Below are positions 40,069 to 49,500 of a stretch of 64,000 nt of DNA, piece by piece. Each line of letters opens with the position of its first letter. The first letter of the stretch is position 1. A program made the position numbers and the translations under genes. The stretch is from Syntrophaceae bacterium (GTDB lineage Bacteria > Desulfobacterota > BSN033 > UBA1163), in assembly GCA_013388635.1 (NCBI GenBank), contig JACAEX010000020.1:5826-69825 (forward strand), written 5' to 3'. A model generated the notes under the pieces. That model searched no databases. It had not been told where the DNA came from and was given only the letters and a program-made list of their open reading frames with translations.

Positions 40069-41441
40069 GACCTTCGATTCTTATTGTAGATGATGATGAG
40101 GTCCTGCGAGAGACCCTTTTTGATGTCTTTCGGAAGAAGGGTTACGAGGTTTTTTCTGCGGGAACGGGAGACGAAACCCTCACAGTCATAAGAAGGTATC
40201 TTGTCGATCTAATTCTTCTGGATATGCGACTCCCGGATGTGGACGGATTGGATATCTTGAAGAAGATTAAGGAGTTGGATACCGAGATTTTGGTCATTAT
40301 GATGACCGCCTACTCCGATGTCCAGAGCGCGGTGAAGGCGATGAAGTCAGGAGCTTACGACTACATCAACAAGCCCTTCGAATTAGAGGAATTGCAGCTG
40401 CTGGTTGAAAAGGGTCTGGAGACGAAGAGCCTGATCAACGAGGTGCGGAGACTCCATCGGCAACATCGGGTGGAGCACAGGGACAGCCATATTTACGGGG
40501 TGAGCCCGCAGATTCAATACGTGAGAGAAATGATCGAAATGATCAGCAAAACCAATAAGACCTCTGTCCTGATTCAGGGAGAGAGCGGAACGGGCAAAGA
40601 GCTGGCGGCCAATGCCATCCATTTCAGCAGCAAACGGAGCGCCAAACCTCTGATGAAGATTAATTGCAGCGCCATTCCCGATTCGTTATTGGAGTCGGAA
40701 CTCTTTGGATATGAGAAAGGTGCTTTTACCGACGCAAAGACCACGAAGAAGGGGCTTTTTGAACTGGCAGATGGAGGGACGGTCTTCCTGGACGAGATTG
40801 GAGAGATGAAGCCCTTTTTGCAGTCAAAGATACTAAGAGTTCTTGAAAATCAGACATTTATGAGAGTGGGCGGGGAAAGGGAGATCAAGGTCGATGTCCG
40901 AGCGATTGCAGCGACCAATCGGGACCTGGAGCAGATGGTCAGGGATGGGCTCTTTCGAAAGGATTTATACTACAGGTTAAAGGTGATGGTGGTTGAGATG
41001 CCACCTCTCCGTGAAAGAGTGGAGGATATTCTCCTTCTTGCGAAGTTGTTCGTCGAGGAGAACAATAAGGAATACAATAAGGATGTCAAAGGATTTTCCG
41101 AGGAGGCAAAGAAATTGCTGGTTCAGTACTCATGGCCAGGGAATGTAAGAGAATTGAAAAATGTGATTGAAAGAGCGATGATTTTGACTGATGGGGAGTA
41201 CATCACACCCAAACAGCTCCCGTTTGAATTAAAGCAAACCGAACCTAACTGTGCGGTGAAGGTGATTTCTGATCTCTCTGATCCAGTGCTTGGGATTTCC
41301 CTGGAGGATATGGAGAGAAGTCATATCTCAAATGTTCTCAAGAGGCTGGAATGGAATAAGTCGAAGGCATCGAAGGCCTTGGGGATTTCTCGAGCGACTT
41401 TGAGGGCAAAGATCAAAAGATACAGCCTTGATGCAATTTAG
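40065..41441 (+). CDS. Sigma-54-dependent response regulator (NtrC family)
   Basis: ATG 40065 overlaps kinase stop (ATGA); REC, GESGTGKEL, GAFTDA, C-terminal HTH. Confidence 0.85.
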   Translation: MRPSILIVDDDEVLRETLFDVFRKKGYEVFSAGTGDETLTVIRRYLVDLILLDMRLPDVDGLDILKKIKELDTEILVIMMTAYSDVQSAVKAMKSGAYDYINKPFELEELQLLVEKGLETKSLINEVRRLHRQHRVEHRDSHIYGVSPQIQYVREMIEMISKTNKTSVLIQGESGTGKELAANAIHFSSKRSAKPLMKINCSAIPDSLLESELFGYEKGAFTDAKTTKKGLFELADGGTVFLDEIGEMKPFLQSKILRVLENQTFMRVGGEREIKVDVRAIAATNRDLEQMVRDGLFRKDLYYRLKVMVVEMPPLRERVEDILLLAKLFVEENNKEYNKDVKGFSEEAKKLLVQYSWPGNVRELKNVIERAMILTDGEYITPKQLPFELKQTEPNCAVKVISDLSDPVLGISLEDMERSHISNVLKRLEWNKSKASKALGISRATLRAKIKRYSLDAI

Positions 41442-41579
41442 TTTGAACTATTAAGTAGTTACAGCCAAAAAATAAAATGATTTATACATTTTAGATTAAT
41501 CTGTTTTGAAATTTTTGTAGATTTTTTAGTTGACTTTTATAAAATTTAAGGATGATTCTTTGGAAAGAGGAGATAAAAG

Positions 41580-42638
41580 ATGCTCTGGGGTAGAAAAAAG
41601 GACGTGATTGGTCTGGATATTGGGTCAAGTTCAATCAAACTTGTCGAACTGGCCCAGGGCAAGAGCGGGTATAGGTTACAAAATCTGGGAATCTCCCCCC
41701 TGCCGCCGGAGGCCATTGTTGACGGGGCTTTGATGGACTCGGTCACCATCATCGACACCATTCGGGAGCTGGTCAACACGACGAAAGTGAAGACCAAGGA
41801 TGTGGTGACATCTGTATCAGGCCACTCCGTCATCGTCAAAAAGATTACATTGCCCTTCATGACAGAGGCTGAATTGGAGGAATCGATCAAGTGGGAAGCA
41901 GAAAGGTACATTCCGTTTGATATCAACGACGTCAACATCGATTTCCAGATATTCGGTTCCAATGCAGAAAATCCCGAGATGATGGACGTCGTTCTAGTGG
42001 CTGCGAAAAAGGATATCATCAACGATTATGTCTCGGTGATTATGGAGGCCGGGCTCAACCCGGTGATCATCGATGTCGATGTTTTTGCGCTGGAGAATAT
42101 GTTGGCGATCAATTACGAGATCGCCAAAGACGAAGTGGTCGCCATTGCGAATGTCGGTGCGAGCACCACGAACATCAATATCCTCAAAAACAATGTCTCA
42201 GGTTTTACAAGGGACATCTTCAAAGGAGGGAATCAAATCACAGAAGATATCCAGAGGCAACTCCATGTGGACCACCAAGAGGCAGAAGAGATCAAGGTGG
42301 GCAGCAAGATGGATGTCGCCTCCCGAACGATCGTTCAGAATCTATTGAAGAAGGGCTCCGAATCATTGGCTGTCGAAATCCGAAACTCACTCGACTTCTA
42401 TCAATCGTCGACCACCTATGAAAAGATCAGCAAGTTACACCTGAGCGGGGGCGGATCGAGGATTAAGGATTTCGATCTCATCCTTCAGGAGGAAATCGGG
42501 ATTCCCGTTGAGGTCGTGGATCCTTTTAGAAAGATAGAGTGCAACGAGAAGAAGTTCGATCTCGAGTATTTAAAGGAGATCGGACCGGTCATGGCCGTGG
42601 GAGTCGGCCTCGCTTCAAGAAAGGTTGGAGATCGATGA
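41580..42638 (+). CDS. pilM: Type IV pilus assembly ATPase-fold protein PilM
   Basis: IGLDIGSSSIKLVEL actin-like fold N-terminus. Confidence 0.85.
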   Translation: MLWGRKKDVIGLDIGSSSIKLVELAQGKSGYRLQNLGISPLPPEAIVDGALMDSVTIIDTIRELVNTTKVKTKDVVTSVSGHSVIVKKITLPFMTEAELEESIKWEAERYIPFDINDVNIDFQIFGSNAENPEMMDVVLVAAKKDIINDYVSVIMEAGLNPVIIDVDVFALENMLAINYEIAKDEVVAIANVGASTTNINILKNNVSGFTRDIFKGGNQITEDIQRQLHVDHQEAEEIKVGSKMDVASRTIVQNLLKKGSESLAVEIRNSLDFYQSSTTYEKISKLHLSGGGSRIKDFDLILQEEIGIPVEVVDPFRKIECNEKKFDLEYLKEIGPVMAVGVGLASRKVGDR

Positions 42639-43171
42639 TAAAGATCAATCTGCTTGCGATACGCAAGGAAAAGAAGAAGATCAAGATAAGAAAGGAGTTC
42701 CTCGTTCTCATTCCGGCTCTCGTCCTTGAGTTTGCCTTTATCGGCTTTATGGAATGGAAAATGGACAAAGAAAAGGCTGAGCTTTTGGAGAGTATATCGA
42801 AAGCTAAAAAAGAGAACGACTATTATAAGTCTTTGATGACGGAGGTCAAAAAGGCCAAGGAGTCGCAGAAGATCCTTCAGGACAAGCTAAACGTCATCAA
42901 TTCGTTGAGAAAGCAAAAGGCCGTGCCTGCCAGGGTATTGGACGAGATCAGCATGAACAAGCCGGATAAAATCCAACTGGATTCTCTGAAGAAGGAGGGA
43001 GCCAAATTGGGGATTGAAGGACTCGCTTTGGATGACGAAACCGTGGCCAATTTTATGACCAACCTTCGGAGATCAAAGGTCTTTAAATCGGTTGATCTGA
43101 TCGTCACCGAGCAGGTCGAGCAGAGCAAATTCAAGTTGAAGAAGTTCATCCTTTCATGCGAAATTTCATAG
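42635..43171 (+). CDS. pilN: PilN
   Basis: MIKINLLAIRKEKKK N-terminus plus single TM; ATG 42635 overlaps pilM stop. Confidence 0.75.
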   Translation: MIKINLLAIRKEKKKIKIRKEFLVLIPALVLEFAFIGFMEWKMDKEKAELLESISKAKKENDYYKSLMTEVKKAKESQKILQDKLNVINSLRKQKAVPARVLDEISMNKPDKIQLDSLKKEGAKLGIEGLALDDETVANFMTNLRRSKVFKSVDLIVTEQVEQSKFKLKKFILSCEIS

Positions 43172-43193
43172 ATCTCACTCAGGAGGAGACCCA

Positions 43194-43835
43194 ATGGCAC
43201 TTAAGGCAGATGCCATCTTTAAGCTTTCAACACCGAAGAAGGTCCTCCTGCTGGTCGCCCTCTTAGGGATGATCGCAGGTCTCTACCTCCATTTCTCCTT
43301 CAGTGGTCGGCGGGAGGAGATCAAGCTCTTGAAGGCGGACCTCGATAAGTTGATCAAGGAGCTGAACGGGAACAAAACGATCACCCGGGATCTTCAAAAA
43401 TTCAAGGAACAGCTTGCGAAGATGGACGAGGAACTGGCAAGGGCGGTCACCCAGCTCCCCAATGAAAAAGAGATTCCGGAGATACTGAAAAACATTGCCA
43501 GCCTCGGGAAGGAGTCGAATCTTGAATTTACCCTCTTCAGGCCCAAGGCCGAAGTCCCCCAACAGTTCTATGCGAAGGTTCCGATCGAGCTCACGGCATT
43601 AGGAAGTTATCATAATACTGGCATCTTCTTCGACAGGGTGAGCAAGCTTCCAAGAATTATTAATGTGATCGACTTCAATATGACCAGAGTAAAAGATGCG
43701 AAGGCAAAGGCGGGCGGTGAGATCTTAGTAAGGACCTCGTGTCTGGTCAACACCTACCGTTTCATAGAGAAGAAGAGCGTGGAGAAAGAAAAGAAAATTG
43801 AGCAGAAGAAAGGCGAGGAGAAGAAGCATGAGTAA
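43194..43835 (+). CDS. pilO: PilO
   Basis: Single TM plus coiled coil plus conserved PilO core (LPRIINVIDFNM). Confidence 0.7.
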   Translation: MALKADAIFKLSTPKKVLLLVALLGMIAGLYLHFSFSGRREEIKLLKADLDKLIKELNGNKTITRDLQKFKEQLAKMDEELARAVTQLPNEKEIPEILKNIASLGKESNLEFTLFRPKAEVPQQFYAKVPIELTALGSYHNTGIFFDRVSKLPRIINVIDFNMTRVKDAKAKAGGEILVRTSCLVNTYRFIEKKSVEKEKKIEQKKGEEKKHE

Positions 43836-44409
43836 AAATAGGTTCCTCTCAGGAAAGGAAAAGGGTTCTCAAGAGAATAGGACTCTCTACTCTCTGCTGT
43901 CTCTATGGGCCGTCTTTCTTTTCATGGTGGCCAGCTGCGGAGGAAGTTCTCCTCCTCCTGTTCAAAAGGCAAAACCTCTCGCGGTGGAGAAGAAGATGGC
44001 GGAAAGTGCAAAGGCACCTGAGAAGAAGGATCAGGAGGAGAAGAAGGAGCCCGAGTACGTTTACAACCCGGCAGGAAAACCGGATCCCTTTAAGCCATTT
44101 ATCCAATTGGAATCTGTAAAAGAGGTTGCCAAGACCGCTCCGCTTACCCCCTTGCAAAAATACGATGTCAGTCAATTGAAGTTGGTGGCTATTATTACGT
44201 CAGCGGAAGGGGGAATCGCTATGGTCGAAGATGCCACTGGCAAAGGATACTCTTTGCGAAAGGGGACGGGGATCGGGAAACATGACGGGAAGGTGAAGAA
44301 GATCCTTAAGGACAGGGTGATCATTGAAGAAGTGTATGAGGATACGCTTGGCCAGAAAAAAGTTCATGAGATTTCATTGTTTCTTCATAAAGAGGGAGGA
44401 GAGTCATGA
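43828..44409 (+). CDS. pilP: PilP lipoprotein
   Basis: Lipobox MVASC; C-terminal beta domain KGYSLRKGTGIGKHDGKVKKI; start 43828 or 43798. Confidence 0.65.
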   Translation: MSKNRFLSGKEKGSQENRTLYSLLSLWAVFLFMVASCGGSSPPPVQKAKPLAVEKKMAESAKAPEKKDQEEKKEPEYVYNPAGKPDPFKPFIQLESVKEVAKTAPLTPLQKYDVSQLKLVAIITSAEGGIAMVEDATGKGYSLRKGTGIGKHDGKVKKILKDRVIIEEVYEDTLGQKKVHEISLFLHKEGGES

Positions 44410-47243
44410 GATCATATCGCCTGATTAAAACCATCTCTTTTCTCACCGGGTTGCTCTTGTTGAGTGGTTGCGCTGTAAGCAGACCTTCCATAGAGGCCCC
44501 AAGCCCAGGCACTCCAGATATCGCAACAAAGGCAGGAAGAGTTTCTGCCATCGAGGGGATAACTTTTACAGAGGAGGAGAATTTTACAAGGATTAAGATC
44601 TCGGGTTCTGAAACCCTCGAGGCCCCTTTCTATAAACTCTTGACCGACCCCCTCAGACTTATCATCGATCTTCCAAATGTCGACTTGAAACAGCTGAGGG
44701 ACCCGATCAAGATTGAAAATGGGACGGTCGGTGAGGTCACAGCCACTCAATTGGATGACAAGGGAAGGATCGAGATCGGTCTCCTTCAGATGACGAACTA
44801 CAATATCTCAAAGGAAGAGAAGGATCTGATCATCGATATCGAAAAAATCAAGGCGATTGCTGAGGCGAAGGAAGGAGAAAAGCCAGAGGAACCGGTGAAA
44901 GAGAAGGAAGCTGAGATCCCTCCTCCGGAGATGAAGAAAGAGGAGGCCGTGCAGGTTCAACCTGTTGAGACACCTCCAGTCCAAGAGGTGAGCAAGAAGG
45001 CGAAGAATATCCTCACCGTCTCACTGGATCAGAAGAAGGACTCCATTACGTTCCAGATCATCGCTGACGGAAGCATTGGCAACTACAATGCGTTCAAACT
45101 GGATTCCCCTTCGAGGTTGGTCCTTGACATCTGGGAGGTGGGCAGCCGCTATCCGAAAGATTTGATCAAAATTCAAAATCGGTTGATCAAACAGGTCCGA
45201 ATTGGACGCCACCCGGATAAGATGAGGTTCGTCTTCGATTCTCTCAAACCCCAACTCCCCCCTTACCAGATCAATCGGATGGATGATAAGCTGATGGTCT
45301 CATTCGGGAAGGTTCCGCAGCCATCAGAGCCCCAAATTTTAGTGCCCGAAAAGCCCAGCGTAGGGGTCCCGGCACCGAAGGCTCGGGTGAATGCCCCGAT
45401 CGAATTTAAACAGATGGATAATAAGTCAAGGATCGTCGTATCGCTGACAGAGGAGCCAAAATTTGAATCTCAGTTGATTTCAAAAGATGTGATCGCGGTC
45501 GATATCAAGAATGCATTCGTTCCCAGGCGCCTCCAGAGGGAATTGGATACGAGCGCATTCGACAGCGCTGTCAAGTCGGTCGAGCTCAAAAACATCAGGT
45601 CAGGAGAGGCAAGCGATGTCAGAATCTTGATCAGATTAAAAGAAGAGGTGCCGTTTGAAACCGCTCAGGAAGGGAAGTCGCTGCTTATTGACATCGAGAG
45701 GCCTAAGAAGGCCGAGGCCAAGATAGGGGCTCCCTCAGAGATCAAAAGGGAGGAAGTGTCGCAGGAGTCGAGGAAAGAGGAGCCCAAAGAAGAAGCGGTG
45801 AAGAAAGAAGGAGAGGTCAAGAAGGAGGTTAAGGAAGAGGTTAAGAAAGAGGAGGCCAAGCCTTCTCCTGAGGGAAAAAAGACCGAGAAGGGCACCCCCA
45901 GGGCTGAGGAGAAGCCTCTTTCAGTAATTCCGCCGGTGAAAAAAGCGGAAGAGGAGAAGAAGGTGATCGAAGAAGCCCCTTCGGAAAAGGTCTATACCGG
46001 CAGGAGGGTATCCCTCGATTTCAAAGATGCCGATATTAAGAATATCCTCCGGCTGATCGCAGAGGTGAGCAACTTCAATATCATCACAGGGGATGATGTT
46101 TCAGGAAAGATCACGATGCGATTGGTCGATGTCCCCTGGGATCAGGCTCTGGATGTGATCTTGCAGGCGAGATCTCTCGGAATGAAAAAGGTCGGAAATG
46201 TGATCCGGATCGCGCCCCTCGATACCCTGAAGAAGGAGATTCAGACAGAGCTCGAGGCAAGAAGGGCGAAGGAGAAGCTGGAGGATCTGATGACCGAGCT
46301 CATCCCGGTCAACTATGCCACGGCCAAGGAGATCCTGCCCCAGGTCAAGAGCATCCTGAGTGAGCGAGGGGACATCAAGGTCGATGATCGGACGAATATC
46401 TTAATCGTCAAGGATATTGCTCGAAATATCGCTGCCGCAAAGAGCCTGATCAAATCGCTGGATACGAAGACGCCCCAGGTTCTGATCGAGGCCAGGATCG
46501 TGGAGGCCACGCTGACGTTTCAGAGGGACCTTGGTATTTCGTGGGGATTTTTGGCAGAGAAGGGAACGGACAAGAGGAGGACCTACTCGGTCGGGGGAGG
46601 GACAGCAGGGGAGAGCACCCTGAGAGCGCCCTCGGGAACTGCTTCGGTTGACACTCGAAAATTCGTCGATCTACCTACGAGCACGGCAGCAGGTCTCCTT
46701 GAATTTCTTTTCACCTCCGATTATGGGCTAAAGAATCTCGATGTTGCCATATCGGCTTATGAGAGCAAGGGAGATGTTAAGGTGATCTCGAGCCCAAAGA
46801 TCGCTACACTCGATAACAAAGAGGCATCGGTCGAGCAGGGGCTGAGGATTCCATATACCAAACTGACCACAGAGGGGACTGTAACAGAGGAGTTTATCGA
46901 GGCCAATCTGAAATTGATAGTAACCCCTCATGTGACCAACGACGGCCACATCAAAATGAGTATCAAAGTCAAAAAGGATGAACCGAGCAAGGCATTTGTA
47001 AGCAAGAGTGATACCCCGAGCATCGATAAGAAAGAGGCGATCACCGAGGTGCTGGTCAAAGATAACGGAGTGGTGGCGATCGCTGGTATCTATACGATCA
47101 AAAACGATCGGGGAACCACGGGCGTCCCATTTCTAAGTAAGATTCCCGTGCTGGGCTGGCTCTTTAAGAAGGAATCGAAGACGAATGACACGAAGGATTT
47201 ATTGATTTTCATCTCACCCAAGATCTTTAAGGATCAGGTTTAA
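44406..47243 (+). CDS. pilQ: PilQ secretin lipoprotein with three N-terminal AMIN domains, a Lys/Glu-rich low-complexity linker, N0/N1 and secretin domains
   Basis: Lipobox LLSGC; C-terminal secretin signature TTGVPFLSKIPVLGWLFK. Confidence 0.85.
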   Translation: MRSYRLIKTISFLTGLLLLSGCAVSRPSIEAPSPGTPDIATKAGRVSAIEGITFTEEENFTRIKISGSETLEAPFYKLLTDPLRLIIDLPNVDLKQLRDPIKIENGTVGEVTATQLDDKGRIEIGLLQMTNYNISKEEKDLIIDIEKIKAIAEAKEGEKPEEPVKEKEAEIPPPEMKKEEAVQVQPVETPPVQEVSKKAKNILTVSLDQKKDSITFQIIADGSIGNYNAFKLDSPSRLVLDIWEVGSRYPKDLIKIQNRLIKQVRIGRHPDKMRFVFDSLKPQLPPYQINRMDDKLMVSFGKVPQPSEPQILVPEKPSVGVPAPKARVNAPIEFKQMDNKSRIVVSLTEEPKFESQLISKDVIAVDIKNAFVPRRLQRELDTSAFDSAVKSVELKNIRSGEASDVRILIRLKEEVPFETAQEGKSLLIDIERPKKAEAKIGAPSEIKREEVSQESRKEEPKEEAVKKEGEVKKEVKEEVKKEEAKPSPEGKKTEKGTPRAEEKPLSVIPPVKKAEEEKKVIEEAPSEKVYTGRRVSLDFKDADIKNILRLIAEVSNFNIITGDDVSGKITMRLVDVPWDQALDVILQARSLGMKKVGNVIRIAPLDTLKKEIQTELEARRAKEKLEDLMTELIPVNYATAKEILPQVKSILSERGDIKVDDRTNILIVKDIARNIAAAKSLIKSLDTKTPQVLIEARIVEATLTFQRDLGISWGFLAEKGTDKRRTYSVGGGTAGESTLRAPSGTASVDTRKFVDLPTSTAAGLLEFLFTSDYGLKNLDVAISAYESKGDVKVISSPKIATLDNKEASVEQGLRIPYTKLTTEGTVTEEFIEANLKLIVTPHVTNDGHIKMSIKVKKDEPSKAFVSKSDTPSIDKKEAITEVLVKDNGVVAIAGIYTIKNDRGTTGVPFLSKIPVLGWLFKKESKTNDTKDLLIFISPKIFKDQV

Positions 47244-47253
47244 GGAGATTCTG

Positions 47254-48180
47254 TCAAACGTTAAATAGGCCGGTCAACTTTTGAACACTGTCGATCTTAT
47301 TCTGGATAAGATATCGCCTTATCCCAGTGATCACGTCTGCGGCCGTTCTCGGATTGATTAAATTGGCCGTCCCGACCTGGACGGCCGCTGCTCCGGCAAG
47401 AATGAATTCGATTGCGTCCTCAGCCCTCATAATCCCTCCCATCCCGATCACAGGAATTTTCACTCTCTGACACACCTCCCAAACCATTCTGAGTGCAATC
47501 GGTTTAATCGCAGGGCCTGAGAGGCCTCCGATCATGTTTCCCAGTTCCGGCCTTCTTGACCGAATATTGATCGCCATCGCTCTGAGCGTATTAATCAGAG
47601 AGACCGCATCAGCTCCTCCTTCTTCGACACCTTGGGCGATGCAGGCGATGTCTGTGACATTGGGTGTCAGTTTCACGATCAGGGTCAATCTCGTCACCTT
47701 TCTGACTGCACGGACAAGCCGGTAGGCAATTTTTGGATCAGAGCCGAAGAGGATCCCACCCTGTTTGACATTGGGGCAGGAGATGTTCATCTCAAGACCT
47801 GAGATGCCCGGGACATCATCAAAACGCCTTGCCAGCTCAACATATTCCTGCTGGGTATTTCCAAAAAAGTTGATGATGAGATGCGTTTTAAGCTTCTGGT
47901 AATAGGGTAACTTATCCTTAATAAAATCACGAAAACCCGGGTTTTGAAGGCCGATCGAGTTCAGAATCCCTCCTTCTGTTTCAAAAATCCTCGGGGGAGG
48001 GTTCCCTTTCATGGGCTTCAGGGAGATCCCTTTGGGAATGATCGCTCCCAGCTGATTGAGGTCCAAGAATTCTTCATACTCTTCACCGAAACCGAATGTC
48101 CCGGAGGCTACGATCACTGGATTTTTTAGCCGGATCTTCCCGATCCTTACGGACAGGTCAGGGTTAGGAACGCTGCTCAT
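47254..48180 (-). CDS. pyrD: Dihydroorotate dehydrogenase catalytic subunit (class 1B)
   Basis: NPVIVASGTFGFG..., IIPKGISLKP, LSCPNVKQGG motifs. Confidence 0.85.
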   Translation of the reverse strand: MSSVPNPDLSVRIGKIRLKNPVIVASGTFGFGEEYEEFLDLNQLGAIIPKGISLKPMKGNPPPRIFETEGGILNSIGLQNPGFRDFIKDKLPYYQKLKTHLIINFFGNTQQEYVELARRFDDVPGISGLEMNISCPNVKQGGILFGSDPKIAYRLVRAVRKVTRLTLIVKLTPNVTDIACIAQGVEEGGADAVSLINTLRAMAINIRSRRPELGNMIGGLSGPAIKPIALRMVWEVCQRVKIPVIGMGGIMRAEDAIEFILAGAAAVQVGTANLINPRTAADVITGIRRYLIQNKIDSVQKLTGLFNV

Positions 48181-48182
48181 CC

Positions 48183-49001
48183 TTACTCCCAGACGATATC
48201 TCTTAAATTGAAGACCGGGCCTTCCTTACAGACTCTCTGGTAAGGTTTCTTGGGATCATTCGTTTTGACCACACACCCCCAGCAGGCCCCAAAACCGCAT
48301 CCCATTCGAGCCTCAAGGGAGATTTGGCAGAGGGCCTTTTGAGATTCTATCGCATTGGCCAGCGCCTTCAACATTTCAACCGGACCGCACGAATAGATGT
48401 ACTCGGGCTCAATCTTATTGTGGCCTTTCTGCCACGATAGAAAAAGGTCAATCACCGTCCCCTGATGCCCCTGGCTTCCGTCCTCTGTAGCGATAAGGAT
48501 CTTTGAGGCGCCTGCGTTCCTGAAATCCTCCTCGCACAGGATATCCTTCGCCGTTCTTCCTCCTATAAAAACAAACAACTTATGGCCTCGTGCAGCCTCT
48601 GCCAGGGAATAGAGTGTGACAATGCCAACGCCCCCACCCACCAAGATGATGTTCTTCGAAGAGGGGAAAGGAGGCAAGGAAAACCGATTTCCCAGAGGGC
48701 CGATCAGGTCGACCTTCTGCCCACTTCTGAACTCTGTCATCTTCTGGGTTCCCCTGCCCACCTTCTTATAAACGATGAGCAGAGACCCTCTCTTCCTTCT
48801 CTCCGGATGGTCTAAGCGGTAGCTCCTGTAAATACTGAAGGGTCGTCTTAGAAGAGGAGAGCGGTCCTTAGAGACCTTGAGCATGACGAATTGACCAGGT
48901 CTTACCTCTTCGGCAATGGGGGGGCAGTGGATCGTCAGAGCGAAGTAGAGGGACTTTATCCTCTGATTCCTCACGACAATCCCATCGGTCTGGAAGGTCA
49001 T
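48183..49001 (-). CDS. pyrK: Dihydroorotate dehydrogenase electron-transfer subunit PyrK (FAD/NAD-binding, C-terminal 2Fe-2S)
   Basis: RPFSIY FAD motif, GGGVGI, C-terminal CGFGACWGC cluster. Confidence 0.8.
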   Translation of the reverse strand: MTFQTDGIVVRNQRIKSLYFALTIHCPPIAEEVRPGQFVMLKVSKDRSPLLRRPFSIYRSYRLDHPERRKRGSLLIVYKKVGRGTQKMTEFRSGQKVDLIGPLGNRFSLPPFPSSKNIILVGGGVGIVTLYSLAEAARGHKLFVFIGGRTAKDILCEEDFRNAGASKILIATEDGSQGHQGTVIDLFLSWQKGHNKIEPEYIYSCGPVEMLKALANAIESQKALCQISLEARMGCGFGACWGCVVKTNDPKKPYQRVCKEGPVFNLRDIVWE

Positions 49002-49008
49002 AAGGTTT

Positions 49009-49467
49009 TCATGCCTTTCTCACCATCAGAAGGGCGTCGGATCTTCCGTGATAAAATTTCTTTCTTATGGCCAGTGGTTCATAGGAAAAAGACTGATAGA
49101 GATGGACCGCGGCCCGATTTGAGGCATCGACCTCGAGATAAAAGGCCTTGATCTTCTTACTTTTACAGAATTCAGTATAAAAACGCATCAACCTTTTTCC
49201 GATTCCCTTTTGCCTGTATTGAGGGTGGACACAGATCTTTAGAAGCTCTGACTCCTCTCCCACGTTCCGAAAACATATAAAACCGATCACCCGCCCCCCA
49301 GGTCCTTCTTTCATATTTATAACGAAGCAGTGGGCCAGCGGGTTTTGCATTTCTTCGATAAACATCTTTTTTGACCACGGCACAGAGGAGGAGCTTTCCA
49401 TTTTCAGGACCTCATCCAGATCGTGCACATCCATCTTCTTGATGCTCAATCCTTCAAATCGCATCAC
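49009..49467 (-). CDS. GNAT family N-acetyltransferase (RimI-like)
   Basis: QYRQKGIGKRLM acetyl-CoA binding motif. Confidence 0.7.
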   Translation of the reverse strand: MMRFEGLSIKKMDVHDLDEVLKMESSSSVPWSKKMFIEEMQNPLAHCFVINMKEGPGGRVIGFICFRNVGEESELLKICVHPQYRQKGIGKRLMRFYTEFCKSKKIKAFYLEVDASNRAAVHLYQSFSYEPLAIRKKFYHGRSDALLMVRKA

Positions 49468-49500
49468 TGAATTGGATCAACGCTGATGACACGAAGAAAT

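Noticed and set aside
41442-41579. Sigma-70 promoter call upstream of pilM in the AT-rich leader (TTGACT...TATAAA)
   Set aside because: Several alternative hexamer pairings with non-optimal spacing exist. It is too ambiguous to annotate without TSS data.
45700-45990. Apparent tandem nucleotide repeats (gaagaggaggttaag...) that might suggest a repeat array or CRISPR
   Set aside because: They encode the KE-rich linker inside pilQ. The frame is continuous and there is no spacer/repeat regularity.
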